A stretch of DNA of 64,000 nt from assembly GCA_038496445.1 (NCBI GenBank), contig JALMLS010000210.1:106448-170447 (forward strand), written 5' to 3'. The notes beneath the pieces are model-generated. The model ran no database searches, had not been told where the DNA came from, and saw nothing but the letters and a program-made list of their open reading frames with translations. This document shows, piece by piece, positions 26,922 to 41,110 of the stretch (positions are counted from its first letter, which is position 1; each line of letters opens with the position of its first letter). A program made the position numbers and the translations under genes. This DNA is from Trichosphaerium sp. ATCC 40318 (Eukaryota; Protista; Tubulinea).

Positions 26922-28985
26922 TTACGCATTTTCCTCGGTTTGGCCCATATCTTCATCACCGTCTTCATCACGGTTATCGCCGTCATCACCGCGTTTATCG
27001 TCATCACTGATATCTTTGTTACCATTAGCAGTATCATCAACGTCATTAAGAGCAGAGGAATTCTTTGAAGAATCTTCTTTTGCTTTCCTTCTTTTTTCTT
27101 CCTCCTCTTCATGTAACTTTTCCCATTTTTCTAAAACAGCTTTTTGTTCTTCAGCGTATCTAGCATTACTCTCTTCTAATAACTTATCAATAAATGGATC
27201 AGATGGTACTACATCTTCCATTTCTTTATCATCATCACCATCATTCTTTTCAGGTTGATCTTCCTTGGCATCATCAGCGCCATCTTCATCTTTTTCTTTT
27301 TTTTCGGCGACTTCTTCGTTCTCATCTTTTTTCTCAACGTTGTCGTCCTTTTCTTTATTATCAGCATCATCATCCTTTTTAGTATTTTCATTGGTATCTT
27401 TATCCTTATCTGCTGCATCTGTGGCACCTTCAGCATCTTCCATAGTAGTATCTTCCTTCTTTTCTACTTTCTTTGGAGCTGATGCTTCTCGGAATCTTGG
27501 TCTCCAACAAAGTGACGGTTTTGTCTTTGTTTTAATCCAATTACTCGTCTGAGCATTATTTGACGACCAACGTAGGTCCTGTGTATAAGATTAAGATACA
27601 AATCAACGCGTACATAATCGCACTACGGAGGAATTTTGAAACGAAAAAAAACATACCAACAGTTCAATCTCTTTCTTCTGAAGAGCCTGCTCGATTACCT
27701 CTTTCGTCTTTTGAGCCACTTCTTTGTCTTTGTGTATAACTTGTAGTTGCTTTTCAAGCAACTCCTTGCTATGTGTTCGTACCTTAGATTCTACCTCACT
27801 TTCAACCTCGCGACGACGTACACCCTAAATGAAAAAAAAAAGTTAGAGTGACACAAAAATAAAAAATGGCACAGGCGCCGCAGCCTATTTTTTCAGCACG
27901 TGATGCTGTGTATGAGGCGCCTTTTAAATATGCTAACTTACTGTAGTCGATGTTGTGGATTTTTTAGCCACATGCAGGTGCCCCAGAAGAGCCCCTAAAG
28001 ACGAGTTAAAATAAAACAAAATTATTTCAAAAAATAGAAAGATTAGCGACTTTGGTACAGCACCCATAGCATAAAAAATCACGTGACGATTTGGTGGTTT
28101 TTTTTTCTTTTAAGTTGGAGATAACTTTTCTTTCTTGCAAACAAAGCAAGAAAAGATAATAAAACATACCAAAAAGGCGTCTGTTTCTTTGCTTTGCTTC
28201 TCCTGAGTTCTGAAGACGCGCTCGGGCGTTTCTTGCGCCACCTTCATCTTCTACAGGTGCAGACGATCCTTCATTGGATTCCTTATCCCTATCTAAACAA
28301 CATAGAGCATGAGTACGAGAACAGCGCTAGATGTAAAGTTCAACGGAGGTTTTCTTCCGCGTTGTTTTCGTTTTTTTAGACTTACCTTCATCGCCACGTT
28401 TATCATCATCGCCGCGTTTATCATCGCGACTGGAACGTCCTTCGTCCCTTCGCTCGACAGGAGCAACAACAGACGACCTAGAAATGCCATTAGGGCCATT
28501 TTTAAGCGAGAAAATCAGAAAGGAACGTTGATGCATTGTACTAGGTTTCTTATTTTTTTTAAACCGTAATAACGCGTCACTATTATTTCAGAGTTGATTG
28601 GGGTTGGAGAGAAGATAAACTGTCAAAATGCCACAAAACGCAACAAGACATTATTTAAAACATACCTGAGTCGTTTTCTGTCGCGTTCATCATCTTCTAT
28701 CCCTTCTAGGCGTCTTTTCTTTCGTTTACTAACACAAAGTGAGAAACAGCTTTGACAATGACCTTTTATTTTGCTATGGCTAGTGTATGCAACGTATAGC
28801 GTAGAGATTGGAAGTGTAGGTTTGGTTAACTATTCATTTTACCTTGGATCGTGTGCGCGTTCTTTGTAGAGTACGTCCTTCATCTTTTTACGGTTAATAG
28901 CAAGGTCACGCTCTAATTGGCGTATTTCCTCGACTAACACTGATGCCCTAGATTCAGCCATACTTATATCTTTGGCAGAAGACAT
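26922..28985 (-). CDS. PNN: pinin/SDK/memA family protein with an acidic tail
   Basis: Spliced KQRNRRLFGALLGHL and WIKTKTKPSLCWRP match pinin conserved blocks; N-terminal coiled coil; RD-rich and D/E-rich regions. Confidence 0.75.
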
Positions 28986-29098
28986 TGCCACTACGTTCGT
29001 CAAACCACAAACCAAGGATTTGAGTTTTCGCAGAGCTGGAAGAAAAATACGCAATGGGTGACTTCACACGACTCTTAATCAACTAACGCTCAAAGCTC
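28986..29098. promoter_or_regulatory. compact bidirectional promoter between pinin and MRPL47
   Basis: Divergent ATGs at 28985 (-) and 29099 (+) are separated by only 113 bp. Confidence 0.6.
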
Positions 29099-29841
29099 AT
29101 GGCGCTGTTTCTGCGAACCAGTTGTATGGTTAGAAGGATGCCACAGCGTGGAATCAAAGATTTTTATGATACTGAAACAAAACAAGGCGAAAGGCCTGTA
29201 GCTGGTACGATATCATTAATTGTAGCATTATAAAGAGGGATTTGTCGGTTTTAAAAATTTATCGCTAAATCACCTCAGGTCGCGCGTGGAGAGCATCAGA
29301 AGTGCGCCTGAAATCGTTCTCAGACTTACACAAGCTCTGGTTTGTACTATTGAAGGAAAAAAACAAGCTCGAGACTCAAAAGTGGGAGGCAATGGTCGCA
29401 AAGGATAAACGTTTGTTTCCAAACAAACTTCGTATGAAAAAGGTGTGTAGAACCGAAAGCTGCTTGTAGCCACTTATCTATGCGTATGTACGCACGTAAA
29501 CGCATTACGTAGCTGTTTGACAGTTATAGGCTCAACTTATTATCAAAAGCTTTACATGTCATTTCAAACTCGTTTCTAATAGCGACTAGGTATGTCAGTC
29601 AATGGCACGCATCAAAACGGTTATTGGAGAACGCGCCATCGCCCTAGAGAAAGCAAAGGATTCCGTCAGAGCAATTTACGATGAACAAATGCTTGAAGCA
29701 GAGCGTAAGGAAAGATTATCAGAAGTACTAGATAAATACTCAGCTGGAAACGACAACGTTGACCAAACAGACGCTGAACAAGAATCAAATCAAAACCAGG
29801 ACGATACTGAGAACAAAGAAGCGTCCCCAGCTTATAACTAA
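29099..29841 (+). CDS. MRPL47: mitochondrial ribosomal protein L47 (uL29m)
   Basis: [31 protein letters not shown]...[12 protein letters not shown]; Arg-rich presequence; two introns. Confidence 0.92.
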
Positions 29842-30311
29842 GCAAAAAACAATAACAAAAGAAACAAGGAAACCCTTCATCAACATGTTGCTGACTTTTT
29901 CTTACAATCACCGCATAAACCACTTTTTTTATTTTTTTGGTGGTTTGTTTGCGTACACAACATCAGAAATGAACATGTTTGTAATTTGTAGAAGGTAAAT
30001 AAATAAAAAAAATTGAAATGTACGTGCGTTTACAATGTTTTATGCAATGTCACAATGTGTCAAAATGATAATATTATAAGTATGATTTTATATAGAAATA
30101 AGACGTAAAGAATCTATACTTTTGTATCAAAAGCGAACGAACGAGACACATGTTGAGGTAGAAGATTATCATTGGTTTTTTTTTTACATTTTTACATTTG
30201 ATTGTCTTTTTTATGTACACTTATCACGAACAATCACATGTGACTTAGGGTTCTACGAGTAAGAGAAAAATTGTGATCGAGCCCATCTTATGTATGTGAA
30301 AGCTTTTGTCT

Positions 30312-31148
30312 TTACAAAAGACGACAAGCTTCTCTTACTCGTTTTCTTCTTTTCTTTTTTGATGATTTTTTTGTTGATGATTTCGAACTGTTTTGTGGTT
30401 TCCAATCGGCATCTGATTTCCTCACTTGTCTTACTAGCTCAAAGAAGCATTCATCTACATTTAATCTTGTCTTTGCGCTTGTCTCAAAGTAAGGATATCC
30501 ATAAGATTTTGCCCAAGCACTCGCTTCTTGTGTTGTAACTTGACGTTCTTCTTCGAGGTCTACTTTATTACCCACAACTATCATTGGTATATCTCCTACA
30601 TACTCTGTGCATTCTTTTACACGGTTTATATGTGTTCTGAATTGTTCCAACTCTTTAAAACTAGCAATAGATGTGATTGCCTAAAATAGAAAAAACAAGT
30701 TAGAATAGGCTTCTTTGTGTCTGTTTGTGTTTGTGCACTTACGAAAGTTAAAACAAAGCCTTGTCCTGTGCGCATGTATTGATCGCGCATTGCGCTGTAC
30801 TCTTCCTGACCCGCTGTGTCGAGAAGATCGAGCAGGCAAGTTTCACCATCGATAGTTACTTGTTTGCGGTATGAGTCTTCAATTGTTGGATCTAGTGATG
30901 TGAATAAGCCATTGATTGTATTTGAAAGCGCGGTTTAGGAAAAAAAGCTGTTTGCAACTAGAACTTACCGTATTCATCAATAAAGTGGGATTGAACGAGT
31001 TGTATGGTAAGTGCTGATTTGCCTAAAGGGTTTAACGTTAGTTTTATATAGAAGGCGGTAATTGCAAAAGAAAATGCGTACCAACACCTCCGCCGCCTAC
31101 GATTACGAGTTTATGTGTGTTTAAGTCTCTTCTTTGGCCTCTGGACAT
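30312..31148 (-). CDS. ras: Ras GTPase with a polybasic tail and CAAX (CRLL)
   Basis: [51 protein letters not shown]; three introns. Confidence 0.97.
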
Positions 31149-31887
31149 GTTGTTTATTGTATGGTTGAGTAATGGAAATGATGAAACTATTTTTAATAGA
31201 AATATTGTAAAAATAAGTTCATTCACAGAAACAACGAAAATAGCGTTTTTATTGAGATTACGTGATCCGCCTGTATACTATCTCCGCGGTTCTTTTTGTT
31301 GGTTGCTCGCATATGTTGACAGTACTAAAGAGACACGGAACAAGCAAACGCGCCCAAAAACGAGTTTCCTAGCTTTCTTTTGAGCATTCATTGCCTACAG
31401 CGTTAAATGAGCGTTTAGAGTATATGCTGTGAGTAGACACCCGTTGATAGTCTTAGCACGTGTAAAACTGTCAAAGGTAGCTCGACTTGTGCTTGCAACG
31501 CATTAGCGATACTTGAAGGGTAGACAACAAACATATGATACACATAGCAAGCTGTTAAAACTACAAACCTAATCCAAGTTTCCAAGTAGAAGCACTGTCT
31601 ACTCTTCGCAACTACAATGCCAGAAATTATTTTACTTACTTCTAACACTGCAATACTGACAGTCAAGCGGCATTCAGTAGCCGAAAAATTAAAAAGTATA
31701 AGTATTATTGAAACTACGCAGCTTGCTAGAATAGCAATAGCTCCATCACCTATTATCCATAGCGAAGATATATATCTAAGCTGGCGTTAAGAAAAACAAA
31801 GCACATAAAACAGTTGTACATTTGTTTCTTTACATGTTTCGGTGGCATAAAATTGCCACTTGTATCTCAAATTGCATCAATTAATGT

Positions 31888-32852
31888 TCATTTAGTTTCT
31901 TGGTTACCATCAATCCACTTGTGATGATATTCAAGTTGACCATTCTCATACCACGATTTACGTACGCCATGTTTTTTACCATGAAACCACATTGATTGTT
32001 CCTTGAGTTGTCCATTGTTGTACCATGATTTAAATTCACCTTGTTTTTTACCATTAGCCCACGTGGATTCGCTCTTTAGTTGTCCATCATTATACCATGT
32101 CTTCTTATCACCATGCTTTTTGTTGTCAACCCACATACACTGCTTTCTGAGCTGTCCATTTTCATACCATTCTTTGTATTGGCCATGTTGTTTATCATCA
32201 ATCCACATACCTTGATCTTTAAGTTGCCCATTTTTATACCATCCTATGCTCTCGCCATGCTGTTTATCATCAACCCATATACAGTATCCCTCAAGTTGTC
32301 CATTTGAATACCAATCTTTACGTTCACCGTGCTGTTTACCATCAATCCACATACCTTGATCAGAGAGCTGTCCGTTCTCATGCCATCCTTCGCATTCACC
32401 ATGTTGTTTGTCATTAACCCATGTGCCTTTTTCTTCAAGATTTCCGTTCTCATGCCATCCTTTGCTCTCTCCATGCAGTTTATCATCGACAAACATGAGT
32501 TGAAACTTAAGTTGTCCGTTCTCATACCATTCTTTATTTTCACCATTTTTTTTACCATCAACTGTTATGTACTGCTCTTTAAGTTGCCCAGTCTCATACC
32601 ATTCTTTATACAACCCATTCACTTCATATTTGTGTGACTGCACCTTTCCACTTTTGTACCATCTGATCCACACCCCTTTCCTTTGTAGCGTTTGATCATA
32701 ATGTGTATTAATTGCAGCTCTCTTTGATAAAGTATGGAATTTTGTGAATACTTCAACATTAAAAGTACAAATATATGTTTGAAGATCACACGGAATATCT
32801 AGTATACCCAAAGAACCCAAACTACTATCAGATTTTTTACACTTTGTATCAG
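31888..32852 (-). CDS. F-box-like + MORN-variant repeat protein (5' exon uncertain, possibly ATG 32945 with a GC donor)
   Basis: GILDIPCDLQTYICTF (F-box-like) followed by ~10 WYENGQL...WVDDKQHGE repeats; intron acceptor at ~32853. Confidence 0.85.
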
Positions 32853-33948
32853 ACTTCCAAAAAGAAATAAGTTAGCACAAGAACATGTCAAAAAACAGAG
32901 AAGCATGCTTGCAGTTCGCCATTGACTTGCACTATGTTTGAACATAAAGCGCTGAAGCACATAGACTTGTTCATGAAACAGTCAACGTGTTTCAGTTTGT
33001 TTTTTTTTAATTTCTGAAAAGAAACGAAACAGCCTTGTTTTCACAAATAACGTTGTTTATCAAGTTACACGTGACTGACGGACGGTTTACATATATTTTA
33101 CGTACCATGTTCATTAAATACTGCTAGTCGTTAAGATGTTGGTAAAGAGTTGGCCGACTCTAAAACGTTGTCTTCAAAGAATTATGAAACCGCTTTGCTT
33201 TGACTAAGTTTGATAAAAAAACGTGATAGAACAAAGTGGATTTTGAAGAAAAATTCTACGCCTAATGGCCACATTGAACATTAAGGCACAAGACCGCAAT
33301 TAAACCTACATATTCGTATTGTGGAAGGGCCTTGGTAGTACAGCATTTTCAAACAAAAGATATTCCGCGCTTTGCCGAAAATAAGTTGTACGTTTTTTTT
33401 TTTTGGCAATGCCGTTTTAACCTAATACGTATTCATGTGTACAAACCAGTTAAGTATTTAATAGGGAAGCTGGTATTTTTCATACACTAGCAGATTATAG
33501 TGTAAAACGTGACATGTGTTTCGGTTGTGAGGTTAAATTAGTCTGTTCATTGTAAGACAGTTAGATCTTTTGTTTCAAAAGCACGCGTATTAGTTGTACT
33601 GGTAGTAGTCTATCTGTAGCTGGTGACTTTGACTTGATAGATTGGAAGATGATGAGTATTTTCCAACTGGTAAAATCGCTGCTGTGTACTTTGCACAAAT
33701 GAAAGAATTTCAGTTGTAACATCATGATGATAGGAATGGACATGCTGAAGAATAAGGCGAGTACAAAGAGTAAGTGACTCTTTGTTGACGGTGAAAATCA
33801 TGGTATGAGAACTGAAAGTAGCTAAATACTGTATTTATTGAAGTGACACATTTTGAAAATTAAATGACATGGCTAATAGTACACCATTGGTTTCAAAGTT
33901 CTAACTTACAGTAAACAAAAGATAAACCCTAACAAGTCCTTATTCAAG

Positions 33949-34933
33949 TTAACAGTAACTCCATTCTCCTTGCTGTTTACCATGAGAGTACATGCACTGC
34001 TTCATATGTATTTTGCATAGCCCATGCATATTACCTTCAAAGTAATTGTACTCTTCTGCTAATGAACCGTTGGTATAAAACTTGTATTGCCCATGTAATT
34101 CGCCCTTTTGGTAATTGCAACGTACTAATAAGTCGCCGTGCTTATTCCATTTTGTGCGTTTACCATGCCATTTGTCATTAGCATAATTGCCTTTTTCTTC
34201 CAATTTACCATCCTCAAGCCATTCTTTGTATTCACCGTGTCTTTCACCGTTTACGTAATTGTATTGTTGCTTCAATTGGCCATTACTAAACCATCTCTTG
34301 CATATTCCATGCATTTTACCATTGACATAATTGTCGTGTATCCATAATTTGTCTTCAACCCACGTCTTACATTCTCCGTGCTTTTTACCATTGGTGTAGT
34401 GGCGCTGCTTCTCCAAATGCCCATTGTCTTGCCATTTCTTGTATACTCCCTGTCGCTTACCATCAATGTAGTTGAACTGTTCGGACAGTTGCCCATTCTT
34501 ATGCCACCTCTTGCATTCACCTTGCCTTCGGCCATTAACATAACTGCGCTGCTCCCGCAATTGGTTGTTTTCATGCCACTTCTTCCATTCTCCTTGCTTT
34601 TTGCCATTAACGTAATTGATCTGTTTCCGCAATTCTCCATTCTCGTTCCACCTCTTGTATTGATCTTCCCGTTTACCATGATCCCAGTGTTGGCTTTTAA
34701 TCACTACCTCCTGTAATGTCGCAACCCACAAACCATGTTTCAATAGACTCGCATCATAACGTACGAGAGAGGTTTGTTTACACAAGAGTGGTAACTTTTT
34801 TTGTAAACTTCAGTGTCTAAGTCTGAAATATCAAGATGAAGCTCTACTGGTAATTTTAATAAACCTGGTTCCTTATCCTAGAATTTGCTTAGTATTTTTT
34901 TTTCATACAACACGTGCCATAAAACTGCCCATT
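33949..34933 (-). CDS. F-box-like + MORN-variant gene, duplicate of 12626-13675; +2 frameshift as assembled
   Basis: Near-identical to copy A, one 23-aa repeat shorter; A7 versus A5 run at 34796-34802 shifts the frame before the repeats (pseudogene or homopolymer error). Confidence 0.8.
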
Positions 34934-35528
34934 TTAATAACAAATTGATGTGTATTCTACGAGTTGTTCCGCGTAAATTTTACCCGACTGCAGTTGTGGT
35001 AAACCGTTCAAGGGTAAAGTGAAATTACTGTGAACGGGCGTACAAACTGTTCAGTTAAATCAAGCTAAACTTGATAAGTTTGCGGATTATAAGTTTACAC
35101 AACTACACGATGTCTAAATGTCTTTTATTGAAAGGTATGTTCATGACTAGCGCTTTTACTTCTATTTCAGGTGTGAGTCTTTACCAAAACTGGCTTAAAG
35201 AAAAAAACAGATTAAATCAATTCTACGTTGTAGCTGCTTACTAGAAGGTGGTCTTTTTCAGTTGGCATTAATCCACGCATTGTAAGGTGCAGGTCTTACA
35301 TTAAAGGCTTAAGGGTAGGCTGAATTTCCTACAGATTTCCAATAGCTCCAACTTTTTGTTCAGTCTCGCTTAATCTAGGCTTTTTTTTTGTATCAAGTGC
35401 ACTCCAACACATGAAGGGATACGCTGTTTTATTGATAATATTTGCTTTCGCAATATCTATGAGTAGCCTCGACAACGGCCAAGCGCGAACGCATGTCAGT
35501 AAGCTGTTTTTAATCGAAATTCAACCGA
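33955..35528 (-). repeat. copy B of the inverted segmental duplication (partner 12009-13672)
   Basis: Direct sequence comparison. Confidence 0.95.
35411..35528 (+). pseudogene. truncated GH27 copy 3 (exon 1 and part of intron 1 only)
   Basis: [27 protein letters not shown] matches copy 1 exon 1; similarity ends at 35528. Confidence 0.9.
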
Positions 35529-36904
35529 TAGGCCTTTTACTTTTTTTATCAGTAAACCACTTTATTTATGGAACATTAAACAAAAGTGATTGAAAAGAAT
35601 GAGTGATTTAAGAATTGTAGGTTTATTTAGTCATTGTTGTATTAGAAACAAAGATGAGATTAATCAGAAATCAGAAGGTTCTGTTGTTAGAAGATAACTT
35701 AAACGACTGAATCAGAAGGTTGAGGATCATGAGAAACTTGAGGTTTTGTTGGTTGATTGATTGTCCTTATCAACTGTGGTGAACTTGGTTTATATGCTCT
35801 TGATTTCTGTTGAGATTTTTGAATTGTGTTGATAGATTGTTGTTTTTGTTCTCGATATTGTTGTTCAATTTTGTCGTGTTCTATATGATATGGTACTGAC
35901 TGTTTAGTCAAGCAAGAGTAGCACATTGAACCAATTAGGACAATGTAAAGGAAGAAGAGTTGTGTCATCGGGAGAGAGTTTGTAAAATGAAGTTAAGTCA
36001 TTTGAGCTAAATATCAATCAAGAAAATTACAAACTTTTTACGGTTAGATTGATTTTACCTTGTATACGAAACAGTTGCAACATCATTTTAAGGCCGCTAC
36101 TCGAGCACTTGTGATATTATGTTTTAGTTTTAAAAGAAGAGTGTGAACAAGAAAAAACTGCCTTGTACAGTATTCATGCACTGCAAGATTTGATTGTTTG
36201 ATAGACCGTCTCAATCTAGACTTTGTATTTTCCATTCGCGGACTGGCACTCATTTTTTGACATACACCTCTTTGTACACTAGAATCTATACAAAACTAAC
36301 GTCGACAAAAAATGACTCTATTTAATCTCAAGCGGGTGACTACAGTGCGGTGAGGTTCCATAAGTACAGCAATACTTTCAGTTACTATGCTCACAATCCA
36401 CCTGAAAAACTAACTAACATTCAGACATTCTAAAATATGGGATCAGATCTAAGATTACAATCTTTACATGATGAAAGACTGAGCCAAAAAAAGAACGATC
36501 ATAGACTGCTATGCAGCGTCTAGTCAAAGTTTATATAGAGCTTTTCCCTAACGGCAGAACTCACCTCTGTATCGGACCTTATAATTTTCTTGGCCCAGAC
36601 CGAGTTCCTAAGTTAATTACGTGCTACTTACGAGGACATGCTGGCTAATGTAACGATTCAAGCTTTCACACTACGTCGGATTAAGATGGAACTTTGACAA
36701 TTCCACCTCGCAATGCATACACCCACTAAGCTAGACGGAGGACTCCCTTAAATGTTTTCGACCAAATGGCTAGGAAGCCCCACGCGTGGTGCACACACTG
36801 CAACTGCTACAATTTACTAACTATTTTCGTTTCATTTTATACCCATAAAAACTACTCAGAAATAAATTGTGGTATATAGAAGCTTCTAGAAGGTTACTTC
36901 ACTG

Positions 36905-37240
36905 AAAATTCTATTTTAATTACTCAAAAACGGATAATGCACATTTCAAAATGCTCTCAAAGGCTTGTGATAGCTATTTACACATGTGGAAACCGTATCA
37001 GCGATATTTTGGTTCAAAAAACGTGCTACTAAATGATACCTTCCGTTTTCTAGTTTATTGTTGGTGCACTTCGGCGAAAATATCCTTTTTATTTACTCAA
37101 ATACGGATAATGCACATTTCAATATACTCCCAAAGGCGTATGATTGCTATTTACACGGGTAGAAGCCTTAGCGACAATGTTTTAGTTCGCAAAACGGGCT
37201 GCTAACAATACCTTCTTTGTTCTCGTTGTATATTTGGTAA
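36905..37240. repeat. imperfect tandem duplication, period ~173 bp
   Basis: ACGGATAATGCACATTTCAA...GCTATTTACAC...ATACCTTC occurs at ~36930 and ~37103. Confidence 0.8.
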
Positions 37241-38052
37241 CAATCAATTTTGTTTACTCTTTTCAGTATTGGTGCCAGTGAGCGCTTTAAACCTTTGTTT
37301 CGAAACAAACAAAAAAATTGAGTGGTATTAAGCCGAAGTAGGGCGGAAACAAAACGTAGAAGACGAGGTTTTTTACCTGCTTTTTTTCAAAATGCATTTA
37401 CTCTCAATATGCACATTATTTTTACGTGTTGCATATTATAAACCACTACACCATATAGCGTATTAACGCACTCACTGTAGGAGTGCAATGGAACCTTATA
37501 GTACACGTGTGAGCCTATTTATTGCTCAATAAGTAAAAGTCATTGGTTCATTTTTACGTGCAACTATTTGTGTTGTTTTTTGATGAATCCAACAAGTATT
37601 TGTAACCCATTTTACAGATATACTGTGAAATTATACCTAAAGATTAGGATTTTATTGTCAACTCTGGTTACCCGAACGCGAACAACACTATCTTACTTGG
37701 TTGTTCTCTTTTTCGAATATTAGGATACTTGTTGGTACATAAGTGCCCTTAGTTGGATGCTATAATGTCTCATGATAAACAAACACCCAGCAACAAATTT
37801 GGTGTTTTCTGATGTTGTAAAATAACTTATTGTTGTTAAACACGTCGTCACCATTTGTAAACAACTTGTTATTATTTCGACCGGAGTTTCGTATGGCATA
37901 CGTCAATAATCGTAATTTTACTAAACTAAGCCCTACTTAACTTCTTGCACAACTAATAAACTACGTAGAGGTGTTAGCTGCAAATACTGGCAACGCAGAC
38001 TATTTTTAAAGTAGAAACTAGGTCCAAACCTAATACAGGTTTAATTGCTTGA

Positions 38053-41000
38053 ATGGCAAATCTTTACGCTCAGATAGCTCTATGCGTACTATGTGCCATT
38101 GTATTACCTAAAATACACGCCAAAATTCACTATATGCTTCCTGACGCCACTGGTGATGGCTCTGACATTACGTCAGCTACGTACGCTGTTTGTGTTTTGG
38201 GGTGTTTTTTTTTTAGTAATCGCTCATTTTGGCGTAGAGCAGCACCTTCTATGGCTTCCCTCGTGGGTAAAGTAGGTCCTGGCGACACTATTTACGTACA
38301 AGGCGGACTGTACCAACTACCGTTCGAAGGCGACCTCCTAATGTTTCAAGGCACCGAAGCAGAACCAATTACGATAACTAACTATCAAAGTGCGTGCTTT
38401 TAAGTTTTTTCAACAATTCGGGTGTTTGCATTTTAGCCGTTTATGCACTGAAGCTTTTGTATTTGACTATTCAACGCGCACCGGTGGTTAATTGCTCTTT
38501 TTTTTTTGGTAGAACCATAATAGACTCCAGCCGTTAATTGTCCATTAGATGAAGTGCCAACGTTCGAAATGCGAGCAGAACCAAGCGATGATATCGGTAA
38601 TAGTGCTTTATGGCAAAGTGAACGTTATTGGGTGTATTCGCCTCTAGGATTCTACAACCTTCGCTATGTTCATTTTTCGAATCTCCATGTTCGATACGCA
38701 GTGTGTACGTGCACACCTTTTTTGGCACTACAAGAATTATTGATTTTTTTTATTTTAGCACGTTGTTTCGGTTGTGATGCATGTGAGCATGTCTCTTTGA
38801 AGAATATGACACTTCATGGGTGTGGTAGACTTGGTATCATAATTGCTGGAGGGAACAATATAAATATTGAGGATACAACTATTGTTGGTGCTTCGCTGAA
38901 AGGTACAAAGAGTGTTCAGTAATTTTTGGATTGTTTTTGGAAACTGTGTTTTCTAGAATCGATATGCTTGTTGCTTTATTCGTTGACATTGTTTTAGAAT
39001 ACAACCCTTATTTTGATCTACCAATGGGTGCGCGTCTTATAAAACAACATATTTGGTTTTGCATTACTTGTTTTAACACAAGTTGTTTAATAGTTTTTTT
39101 GATAATTTTCGTAGGTATTTCATTTTTTGACAATGTTGATAGTATTACAGTCAGAAACACTCATATCACTCATTGCTTGGCCGCTATTTTATTTAGAAGT
39201 AATGCTTCGAATGTGGTACGTCTATAAAGATTTCAACCAAGCACGTGGAAATTTATCAAACAAGGCTTTTTCGAAAAAAACCAAACCACGAGGCTATCGA
39301 TTCTTCCCTTTAAAATAAACTTACTTATTTATTAATACTAGCATATTTCCAAAATATACTCTGAGTCAAATGCACAAGATGAATGGCATGGTATAGTACT
39401 AAGTGCTAATCCAGGAAAAATATTCTCGAACATAACTATCACCAGGTAAGTCATTTATTTATTGTTCTTTTTTTTTTTTGCTTCAAGACCTCCTCTTTGC
39501 TATTTAGAACGTATTATTATCTTACTATCATTCCATAGGTCCCATTTCAAGCTATTTAACAACCCTGGGTCTGAGTTCCTTAACATATTTGATGAGGAAG
39601 TACAACCTATAAATTTTACAATATCGAATTCTCTTATTATTGATGCACCAGCTTTCTCAAAACGTGCAGCACAATATAACATTGATTCTGTTTTCAATGT
39701 AGTCAAAGTCACAGAAGACTATTCGCCATCAAATGAAACTTGTTGTATATTCACAAACAACATATTTGTGGGGTGCGTCAATCACAAACTGAAACGTGCT
39801 TTTTTTTTATGTTTTTAAAGAAACTTCGTCTCAGTATTGCTTGCAAATTCATACATGTATTAACTCACTTGATAGACCTGTAGACTTTTCTAGTATGGAT
39901 ACAGTTCCTGATAGATTTTCTTATAACAATTTCCATTCTACTACATTCGAAAACAACGCAAATGTTTCAAATGGAAATATTTTTTATGATTCATTGTTTG
40001 CTGGAATCATTGAACGAGACTCTCCTGTCACAATAGCAGAATTAAATCCTTCGTCTCCTCTTCTAAACCAAGGAACATTAGTTTCTGAGTTGTACGACTA
40101 TAACTTAGTAGAGCGTAATAATACTCCTACCATTGGTAAGTTCTTCTTTTTTTATGTTTTGTTGTTGTTTTTAAAGAACCTGTAGGGATGTTCGAGCTTC
40201 CATTTGTGCCTAATCCAGCACCTGAAACAGAACCTCCAACACCTGAAACAGAGCCACCAACACCTTTATCAGAACCTCCAACACCTGAAACAGAACCACC
40301 AATACCGGAATTGGAATCTCCAACTCCTGAATCTGCATGTACGGGAGAAATAGTTGGCGCAGTGTGCCGTAATGGCACATGGATTATTAATGGTAACTTT
40401 AACCCTAACACTGGACAGAACATAAAGTTGAACTTACAGGACAGTGTTATTACTGTTACAGGTACCTCATCCAGTTAAAAAAAAACATCCGTTAAAAATT
40501 ATATCGGTTTTGTTCACTTATATTTTCTTCTTCAGGCAATGTGACGTTCATCAATGAAACTATTTTAGTCAATCCTTCAACTAAAATTGTTGTGTTAAAT
40601 GGTTGTGTTAATTTAGGTGGTACGAGTTTTTTTTTGCTGTAAAACACGTGACTTTCAAGGTGTTTTTGGGATTGTTTTGACTCCATTTAGGTATTTTACG
40701 TGTAAACACAACCACGCTTAACACGAATAAGATCACTCTTTTTGAAGTTCCTGATGGCTGTAATCCACAAATAGATAATGTAGAAATAGAATCTACTGAC
40801 CCATGTATCACTGGAGAAGCTAAACAAGAAGGTACTCCAAAAATTTTTTTCCTTTGTTCAAAGAATTAACATTTTTCTTTCAAAAGCGTCATCTATAGTG
40901 TTGTTGTTTGCAACATCTCAAGGAGATTGTAGTGAAGGTAGTAGTAATGTAGTATACTACATAAGTGGAGGAGTTTGTGGCGTTCTTTTGTTGGTTGTTG

Positions 41001-41110
41001 TGGTTATTGTAGTAGTTCTAGGTATATTACAACCTGATTGTATCTTTCCGTTTAGAAAGTACAGACCAGGAAATAGACAAACACTTCCCCAACCCGTAAG
41101 CTACGATTAA
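38053..41110 (+). CDS. type I membrane protein: right-handed beta-helix (pectin-lyase fold) head, choice-of-anchor-Q-like motif, PTPETEP stalk, TM
   Basis: Signal peptide; VGPGDTIYVQGGLY...GTEAEPITITNY; LNPSSPLLNQG...DYNLVERNNTPTIGMFE; Pro-rich repeats ~40215-40330; TM GVCGVLLLVVVVIVVVLGIL. Confidence 0.75.

Noticed and set aside
26830-27552. Plus-strand S/F-rich ORFs
   Set aside because: Antisense shadows of the acidic pinin tail
12758-34785. Diversity-generating retroelement TR/VR pair from the two near-identical MORN genes
   Set aside because: Differences are not adenine-specific (G/A, T/C and indels), flanks are duplicated too, and no DGR reverse transcriptase is present
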